A stretch of 64,000 bases of DNA. Origin: a virus (Duplodnaviria > Caudoviricetes). The position numbers were made by a program, and so were the translations under genes. The notes under the pieces were generated by a model. It ran no database searches. It saw only the letters and a program-made list of their open reading frames with translations, and was not told the origin of the DNA. This document shows, piece by piece, positions 57,711 to 64,000 of the stretch. The stretch covers positions 1 through 64,000 of IMG/VR virus record IMGVR_UViG_3300033061_001635; one strand, written 5' to 3'. Positions within the stretch are counted from its first letter, which is position 1. Each line of letters opens with the position of its first letter.

Positions 57711-59336
57711 ATGGCAGAGATATTTGCATTTGATTGTGGTTGTCAATTCAATATTATTGAAAACAATTCTAATTTTCCAAAAATAGAGTTTTCTCCAAAA
57801 ATCTCAAATATTAATTTGGAGTGTACAAAAACATGGGAATTAATATCATCAGGTAATACAAAGGGGTGTTTTCAGTTAGAATCTAGGCTTGGTCAAACCA
57901 TGGCAAGAAAACTAAAGCCACAAAATATACAGCAATTATCTGGGCTAATTAGTATTCTTAGACCAGGATGCTTGGAAGCTATGAGAGATGGTAAAAGCGT
58001 TTCTAATCATTATATAGATAAAAAAAATGGATTAGAGTCTATCGATTACTTTCATCCGGCATTAGAACCCATTCTTAAAGATACATATTCAGAAATGATA
58101 TATCAAGAACAGGCTATGTCTATAGCTAAAGAGTTGGCTGGCTTTAATCTTAAAGAAGCAGATGATCTTAGAAAGGCTATTGGCAAAAAACAAGCAGATA
58201 AAATGGCAAAGGTAAAAGAAAAGTTTATAGAGGGAGCTCATAAAAAGGGGCTTATAAACACAAGTGAAGCAGAACAAATATTTGAATGGGTGGAAAAAAG
58301 TCAAAGATATTTATTTAATGCTAGTCATTCTATTAGCTATGCTATGAATGCTTATCTATCTGCCTATGCTAAAGCCCACTTTCCAAAAATCTTTTTTGCT
58401 TCTTATCTCAGATTTGCAAAAGACAAAATAGACCCCCAACAAGAGATTAAAGAGTTGGTGCGTAATGCCGTGGAAATGGACATCAATGTTAGCATTCCTG
58501 ATTTTAGGAATCTAAATTCTTTATTTATTCTTAAGGACAAAAAAATATATTTTGGATTAACAGACATAAAAGGAGTTGGACAGTCAGTATATAATAAAAT
58601 AATTGAATTAAGTAAAAATGTAGACATAAATAACATGTCCTGGTTAAAAATGTTATGTCATATATTATTAAACATAAACTCTACAGCAACTAAGGCCCTA
58701 ATAAGCTGTGGTGCCTTTGATTATTATAAAAAACATAGAACAGAATTATTATTTGAATATGATATATGCAGCAAATTAACCAAAAAAGAATTATCTGAAT
58801 TTGTCAACTATATTGACTCAAATGATAAAGCCAATATGATTAATGCATTAAAGCATATACTAGAAAATACAAAACTAACTAAAAATAGAAGAGAAACTAT
58901 TGAGAATTGTATATACTTATTGGGCAATCCTCCCTATTCATTAACAGACAAGATAGAATGGCTTGCAGATTCTGAGAATGGTCTATTAGGAGCAAACATA
59001 ACATGCTCCAAACTAGATATATACGACGTCGGATCAACGAACTGCAATTGTAAAACTTTTAAAACATCATTATTAAAAGACAATATTATTATTGTTGGAG
59101 AAATTGCTAATATAAATATTACAAAAACTAAAACTGGTAAAAATCCAGGATTAGAGATGGCATTTCTAACAATAGAAGATCAATACGGCACTCTTGATAC
59201 GGTCGTATTTTTCCCAGAAGCATTTAGTAAATATAAAACTCATTTATTTATCGATAATATCTTAGTATTTGTTGGAAATAAAAGCAAATCCAAAGATGGT
59301 TTGATCGTTGAAAAATGTTTTATTCCGTCATCTTGA
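57711..59336 (+). CDS. dnaE: DNA polymerase III alpha, C-terminal part (fingers, HhH, OB)
   Basis: GCFQLES, RPG, IYQEQ, LRKAIGKK, FNASHS.SY, GL..IKGVG, MAFLTIED. Confidence 0.95.
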   Translation: MAEIFAFDCGCQFNIIENNSNFPKIEFSPKISNINLECTKTWELISSGNTKGCFQLESRLGQTMARKLKPQNIQQLSGLISILRPGCLEAMRDGKSVSNHYIDKKNGLESIDYFHPALEPILKDTYSEMIYQEQAMSIAKELAGFNLKEADDLRKAIGKKQADKMAKVKEKFIEGAHKKGLINTSEAEQIFEWVEKSQRYLFNASHSISYAMNAYLSAYAKAHFPKIFFASYLRFAKDKIDPQQEIKELVRNAVEMDINVSIPDFRNLNSLFILKDKKIYFGLTDIKGVGQSVYNKIIELSKNVDINNMSWLKMLCHILLNINSTATKALISCGAFDYYKKHRTELLFEYDICSKLTKKELSEFVNYIDSNDKANMINALKHILENTKLTKNRRETIENCIYLLGNPPYSLTDKIEWLADSENGLLGANITCSKLDIYDVGSTNCNCKTFKTSLLKDNIIIVGEIANINITKTKTGKNPGLEMAFLTIEDQYGTLDTVVFFPEAFSKYKTHLFIDNILVFVGNKSKSKDGLIVEKCFIPSS

Positions 59337-59361
59337 CATGTGCGTGTGGTCAGGATATAAT
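59333..59361 (+). promoter_or_regulatory. perfect sigma70 promoter TTGACA-17-TATAAT for ssb
   Basis: Exact consensus; the -35 overlaps the dnaE-C stop codon. Confidence 0.9.
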
Positions 59362-59398
59362 AGTTAGATTGAGGTTTTTATAAACAAGGAGTTTGATT

Positions 59399-59770
59399 AT
59401 GAATATAACTTTGCTAAAAGGTAATCTTGCTAGGGATCCGGAACTAAGAACAGTGAACACTGGAGGCAAGCAAACGTCTGTAGTTAATTTTACAGTTGCT
59501 GTCTCCAGAGATTATACAAAAGCCAATGGAGAAAAGGATAAGATTACATCTTTTATTAATTGCGAGGCTTGGGACAGTGGTGCTGAAATGATTTCGGAAT
59601 CCTTTAAAAAGGGGGATTTAGTAATGGTCGAAGGATCATTAAGAAATGATTCGTGGGAGAAGGATGGAGTTAAGCACAGCAGTCTGAAGGTTAGAGTAAA
59701 TAACTTTTCTAAGATTACTAGGCTAAGCAAAAATACTAAACAAGAAACTAGTGAGCCTGTTGCTTTCTAA
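59399..59770 (+). CDS. ssb: single-stranded DNA-binding protein
   Basis: GNLARDPELR, FTVAV, AW, KGDLVMVEGSL, C-terminal EPVAF; AAGGAG SD. Confidence 0.95.
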   Translation: MNITLLKGNLARDPELRTVNTGGKQTSVVNFTVAVSRDYTKANGEKDKITSFINCEAWDSGAEMISESFKKGDLVMVEGSLRNDSWEKDGVKHSSLKVRVNNFSKITRLSKNTKQETSEPVAF

Positions 59771-59796
59771 TTTATAACTATTTATACCATGAAGAT

Positions 59797-59825
59797 GGGG
59801 GGTGGCAAAAACACCCCCCGTTTTT
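59797..59825 (+). terminator. intrinsic terminator after ssb
   Basis: GGGGGGTG-gcaaaaa-CACCCCCC followed by TTTTT. Confidence 0.85.
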
Positions 59826-59830
59826 ATACT

Positions 59831-61492
59831 ATGCCAAAACTAAAAGTACTAATGTGTTCAGAAGCCAGTTTTATACACTCTGGTTTCGGTATATATACCA
59901 AAGAACTCTTATCAAGACTACATGCTACTCAAAAATATGAAATAGCAGAATTTGCATCTTACGGATTTGTTAATGATCCAAGAGACGTTAATATTCATTG
60001 GAAATATTATGCAAATGCTGTTAGAGATGACGATTACAGACATAAGGAATATGTATCCAGAGGAGACAATCAATTCGGCCGATGGAGATTTGAGAAAGTA
60101 TTACTGGATTTCAAACCAGATGTTGTTATTGATATCAGAGACTATTGGATGACAGCATATCAAAGAACATCTCCTTTAAGAAAATTTTTCCATTGGATTT
60201 TAATGCCAACAGTGGACTCATGCCCCCAGCAAGAAGAATGGATTGATACATTTTTAAATGCCAATGCAATATTTACGTATTCAGATTGGGGCGCTGAGGT
60301 TCTAAATAAACAGTCATCTGGTAAAATCAATTATATAGATACTGCGTCTCCGGGCATTGACTGTGATGTTTTTAAGCCCAAAAACAGGAATAAAATCAGA
60401 GCAAACTTTGATATCCCGCAGGACAGCATCGTTGTTGGTTCTGTTATGAGAAACCAAAAAAGAAAACTAATACCAGAGTTATTAACTACATTCAAAAAGG
60501 TATTAGATAATCTAAAAGAAAATAATCAAGAAAATCTATCTAAAAAATTATTTCTTTATCTGCACACAAGTTATCCTGATATGGGTTGGGACATTCCAGA
60601 ACTACTAAGACAATCTGGATTATCTAATAAGGTACTATTCACGTATTTATGCAAAAACTGTAGAGACGTCACATGTTCTAAGTTTCAGGGTCCAAATAAA
60701 ATATGTACCAAATGTCATAGTAAGACATGTAATTTACCATCTGTTACTGACGGGGTAACCTCAGAAACTCTAAGTAATATATACAATATATTTGATTTAT
60801 ATGTACAATATTCTATATGCGAGGGATTCGGGATGCCACAGGTTGAGGCTGGTGCTTGCGGCGTTCCTATTGCAACCGTTAATTATAGTGCAATGTGTGA
60901 TATTGTAAATAAATTAAATGCATATCCTATTAAGATAAAATCAGAATTTAAAGAATTAGAGACAAAAGCTATTAGAGTATATCCAGATAATGATGATTTA
61001 GCTAAATATATATTGGATTTTATTAAACAACCAGATTCCATTCTTAATAAGAAAAGATTTGAAATACATGAATTAACGCATAAGCATTATGATTGGACAA
61101 ATATTGCAAAAAAGTGGGAGAACTATTTAGATAAACTAGATAATTCTGGCTATAGAGCAAATTGGAATAATTCAAATTTTCTAGAACCAATACAAAAAAT
61201 GCCGGACAGTAACATAACAAATAATTTTGATAATATATTGATGTTACTGAATAATAATCTAAAAGATATTTCTCTAATTGGTAGTCAAAAAATATTAGAA
61301 CTATTGAATAATGCAGACTACGGCTTTATTCAAAATGGACCAACTAATCTAGGGCCATTTAGTTTTAAAGAAGTATATGAATATCTAAAAAATATTGTAG
61401 ATAATAATAATCAAGCAAAATCAGCACAGGATAGTAATGTGTCATTTGACGAAGACTTTATTGCTTATTCTAACATGAAAAGAAACTCATAA
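59831..61492 (+). CDS. GT4-like (GT-B) glycosyltransferase with Cys-rich insertion
   Basis: SGFG, RNQKRK, EGFGMPQVEAGACGVP; insertion CKNC....C.........CTKC....C. Confidence 0.9.
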   Translation: MPKLKVLMCSEASFIHSGFGIYTKELLSRLHATQKYEIAEFASYGFVNDPRDVNIHWKYYANAVRDDDYRHKEYVSRGDNQFGRWRFEKVLLDFKPDVVIDIRDYWMTAYQRTSPLRKFFHWILMPTVDSCPQQEEWIDTFLNANAIFTYSDWGAEVLNKQSSGKINYIDTASPGIDCDVFKPKNRNKIRANFDIPQDSIVVGSVMRNQKRKLIPELLTTFKKVLDNLKENNQENLSKKLFLYLHTSYPDMGWDIPELLRQSGLSNKVLFTYLCKNCRDVTCSKFQGPNKICTKCHSKTCNLPSVTDGVTSETLSNIYNIFDLYVQYSICEGFGMPQVEAGACGVPIATVNYSAMCDIVNKLNAYPIKIKSEFKELETKAIRVYPDNDDLAKYILDFIKQPDSILNKKRFEIHELTHKHYDWTNIAKKWENYLDKLDNSGYRANWNNSNFLEPIQKMPDSNITNNFDNILMLLNNNLKDISLIGSQKILELLNNADYGFIQNGPTNLGPFSFKEVYEYLKNIVDNNNQAKSAQDSNVSFDEDFIAYSNMKRNS

Positions 61493-62493
61493 TGAATATT
61501 CTTTATATAGGTCCATATAGACAAAGGTCAATGGTTGGCCTTACATCTCTGTTTATATTGATGAATCTTTTGCAAAATAAACAACACAAGATATCATCCA
61601 GACCGTTATATCAGGAAACAGAACCGGTCAATCAAAACATAATACAAGATATTGTAAGAGCAGAGCATGAAAGATACGATAGCTATGATATTGTTATTCA
61701 GCACACAACTCCTGATATGGCTATCAAAATAAATGCCGTTAAAAAGAATATAATTATTCTAATAAATAATGAAGAAATTTTATCAGAAGATGTGGTAGAA
61801 AAATTGGCTGGATTCGATACTATATTAGTAGACAATAAAACCACATACAATTTGTATAAAGAATACTATCCAAGAATAGCGAGTAAACTAACAACATATG
61901 ATTATGATTTACTTATACCTCCTATGCAACTTACTCAATTTGATGTAAATCCATTTGGAATAACTAAGAAACTATATTTTATTGGAGACTATAAAGACAA
62001 TATAAATAATATATATAATATTTGTCATGCTTTTATCAAACATTCTGTTAACTGTGTTGATGAGTATAGTCTAATATTGTATCTATTTAATATAGATCCC
62101 AGCATTAAACAAAACATTACTAGTAATATTAATCAAATATATTCGTCTTATGGAATTAAATATGCTATAAATAGAATTATGATAGCTCCTATAGACTGTA
62201 CTTTAGAAAATATAATAACAGCCCACAATACAGCATCCATATTTATCAATATAAACGAAAGTAATTCTAATTCTTTAAATTGTAAAATTTGTAATTCCTT
62301 AAATAAGAACGTATTAAGTTTTAATGATACTGATTATATTTTTGAATTTACTAGAAATAATAGAGTATCCGGTAAAAGATGTTTAGGAATTTCGTGTGGC
62401 TCTATAGACAATAAAATAAATAAGGCATTGAATAACAATTATACAGACCAACCGCAACCATTTAAAAAACAACATATTAGCACCCTCATATGA
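61492..62493 (+). CDS. degenerate glycosyltransferase-like protein
   Basis: MNILYIGPYR and YDIVIQHTTP resemble GT-B N-domains; no donor-binding Glu motif seen. Confidence 0.5.
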   Translation: MNILYIGPYRQRSMVGLTSLFILMNLLQNKQHKISSRPLYQETEPVNQNIIQDIVRAEHERYDSYDIVIQHTTPDMAIKINAVKKNIIILINNEEILSEDVVEKLAGFDTILVDNKTTYNLYKEYYPRIASKLTTYDYDLLIPPMQLTQFDVNPFGITKKLYFIGDYKDNINNIYNICHAFIKHSVNCVDEYSLILYLFNIDPSIKQNITSNINQIYSSYGIKYAINRIMIAPIDCTLENIITAHNTASIFININESNSNSLNCKICNSLNKNVLSFNDTDYIFEFTRNNRVSGKRCLGISCGSIDNKINKALNNNYTDQPQPFKKQHISTLI

Positions 62494-63365
62494 ATAATCC
62501 CATATTAAACATAGCCTACGGTGTCTTAGATTCTCAAATAAATGTTCTATATGAACCAGGATCAAGGATATTCGATATTGCTATTAATAATACAGATAAT
62601 ATAAATTTTTGTCTTACTAATGATATATGTCAAAATTATTATTATGATATGTATTTTTCTAATAACATTCTAACAGTATCTGATAAAAAAACAATTAATG
62701 ATAAAAGACATATTAAAACTGTGGTAGCAATTCATGACCCTCCTCCGCCATCTTTTAAAAAAGAAGATATAATAATCTTTCATAATAAATGTAAAGATAT
62801 ATATAAAATTATTTTAGGTCAAGATATAGCAAATTTTTGGGGATTTAAAAAATCAGAAAAAACTTTCATAATAGACTATGGAATACCAAAAATATCAGAA
62901 TTAGAAGACAATAAAACAAAAAATTTATTAATATTTAATTTAGAAAATAACCCACAAGTAGATTTATTTTATAAAAACATTAACGCATCAACTGCTAATG
63001 GAATTGATATTATTAAAAAAATAGATCCAAATACTTCCATAGATTATTTAGTATCATTAATTTCTAAATATAAAGTTTGCATGGATAATGGAAATAAAGA
63101 AAATATACTATATTCGCTATCAGCAGGAGTGCCCTGTATAACAACTAAAAACTTCCATTTATCAAACAACCTTATTATTAAAGTGGAAAGCTTCCAAGAA
63201 GCCGCTGACATGATAAATAAACTTATTAATACCAGCTTAGCCAAAGAAGAATCACAAGCCTGCTCACAAAAGATTATTAATGAGTATGACTACAATACAT
63301 TTAAAACACGAATTGTACAAACACTATCTGCAATAAAAAGAAATGAGATATTTTATTATGAATAG
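62490..63365 (+). CDS. degenerate GT-B-like protein
   Basis: YSLSAGVPCITT at the position of the EA..G.P motif. Confidence 0.5.
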   Translation: MNNPILNIAYGVLDSQINVLYEPGSRIFDIAINNTDNINFCLTNDICQNYYYDMYFSNNILTVSDKKTINDKRHIKTVVAIHDPPPPSFKKEDIIIFHNKCKDIYKIILGQDIANFWGFKKSEKTFIIDYGIPKISELEDNKTKNLLIFNLENNPQVDLFYKNINASTANGIDIIKKIDPNTSIDYLVSLISKYKVCMDNGNKENILYSLSAGVPCITTKNFHLSNNLIIKVESFQEAADMINKLINTSLAKEESQACSQKIINEYDYNTFKTRIVQTLSAIKRNEIFYYE

Positions 63366-63774
63366 AAATTATCATATATTATATAAAAACTACATAACAA
63401 ATAGTAATAATAGAATAAATTTAGATATTAGTGAAATAGATACTATAGTTAATCATTCTGCTGATTCTATCTTTTGCTCTTGTCTTAATTATATTGATAA
63501 GTCCAAATTTTCAGATATGATCGCCCTACTGCTAGAAAAAATTAAACCATCTGGCAAATTGAATATTGAGTGCATTAATATTAAAAAATATATGAACAAT
63601 TTTTTACAAAAAAAAATATCTGGCGATGATTTAATGTCTAAAATTAAAAATATTGAATCAATAATATCGGAAGAAGATTTTTATGTAGCACTTAATACTA
63701 AAGATTTTAGAATTATTCAAATTGAATCGTCTAACTCTTCTTTGTCTGTTTCTATAGAAAGAACAGGAATATAA
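63358..63774 (+). CDS. degenerate methyltransferase-like protein
   Basis: SADSIFCSCLNYI and KIKPSGKL resemble Methyltransf_11 motifs; no Gly-rich motif I. Confidence 0.45.
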   Translation: MNRNYHILYKNYITNSNNRINLDISEIDTIVNHSADSIFCSCLNYIDKSKFSDMIALLLEKIKPSGKLNIECINIKKYMNNFLQKKISGDDLMSKIKNIESIISEEDFYVALNTKDFRIIQIESSNSSLSVSIERTGI

Positions 63775-63779
63775 TAAGT

Positions 63780-64000
63780 ATGATTCATGGTTTGATATTA
63801 GTACCAGAAATAACAAAAGGAATGAAATCATTAGGATCAAAAGCCTTATTGCAAATTAAAAAAAAAATTTCTGTACTAGAATATCAGATAGACTCAATAC
63901 TAGATATAGATAAAAATATTAAAATCACTATCTGTTCTGGATTTGAACATGAAAAAATATCATTCCTATTAAACAATAAATACTCAAATAATATAAATTA
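63780..64000 (+). CDS. 3'-truncated nucleotidyltransferase-like protein
   Basis: MIHGLILVPEITKGMKSLGSKALLQI...VLEYQI...ITICSGFEHEKI; open to the window end. Confidence 0.6.
   Translation, partial: MIHGLILVPEITKGMKSLGSKALLQIKKKISVLEYQIDSILDIDKNIKITICSGFEHEKISFLLNNKYSNNIN

Noticed and set aside
56829-57711. Intein, intron or mobile element splitting dnaE
   Set aside because: No splicing motifs, homing nuclease or terminal repeats seen; the insert encodes a functionally related exonuclease
59789-59830. N-terminal extension MKMGGGKNTPRF of the GT
   Set aside because: It is the translation of the terminator hairpin; ATG 59831 is the more plausible start
1-64000. Stop-codon reassignment, or a cellular or eukaryotic-virus origin
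   Set aside because: Conserved genes are full length in the standard code and TAA, TAG and TGA all end genes; SD sites, sigma70 promoters, DnaE/DnaB/DnaG and the absence of ribosomal or housekeeping operons indicate a bacteriophage

Overview
AT-rich, very gene-dense segment of a large dsDNA bacteriophage genome (jumbo-phage-like), read with the standard genetic code. I saw no rRNA, tRNA, CRISPR array or integrase. In order: (1) 3' end of a GC-rich Pro/Gly/Ser-repeat plus Cys-rich protein, an HNH nuclease and a tandem trypsin-like + subtilisin protease pair; (2) about 20 kb of glycan biosynthesis genes in two blocks (4.0-11.7 kb minus strand; 13.1-24.5 kb plus strand): many glycosyltransferases, a GT60-like enzyme, NDP-heptose enzymes (GmhA, HddA, nucleotidyltransferase), RmlC, a His-type PLP 3-dehydratase, a two-gene TPP enzyme and a B12 radical SAM; (3) GMP reductase, a nucleoside deoxyribosyltransferase-like protein, a degenerate bacterioferritin, a PAP2 phosphatase, a phage sigma factor, ClpP and a DeoC-like protein lacking its catalytic lysines; (4) a fibre/membrane module with holin-like proteins and a papain-like peptidase; (5) nucleotide metabolism and a bacterial-type replisome (dCMP deaminase, class II RNR, PhoH, RecA, DnaB, DnaG, dNMP kinase, Cas4/RecB-like nuclease, SSB), in which DnaE is split into two intein-free genes separated by a 59-aa Cys-containing ORF and a DnaQ exonuclease; (6) a Zn-finger-bearing GT-B glycosyltransferase followed by degenerate glyco-enzyme homologues. 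Two promoter classes are visible: near-consensus sigma70 promoters, several apparently giving leaderless mRNAs, and a recurring intergenic GGTGTAT motif that may be read by the phage sigma. All family assignments come from motif recognition by eye; no database searches were run.
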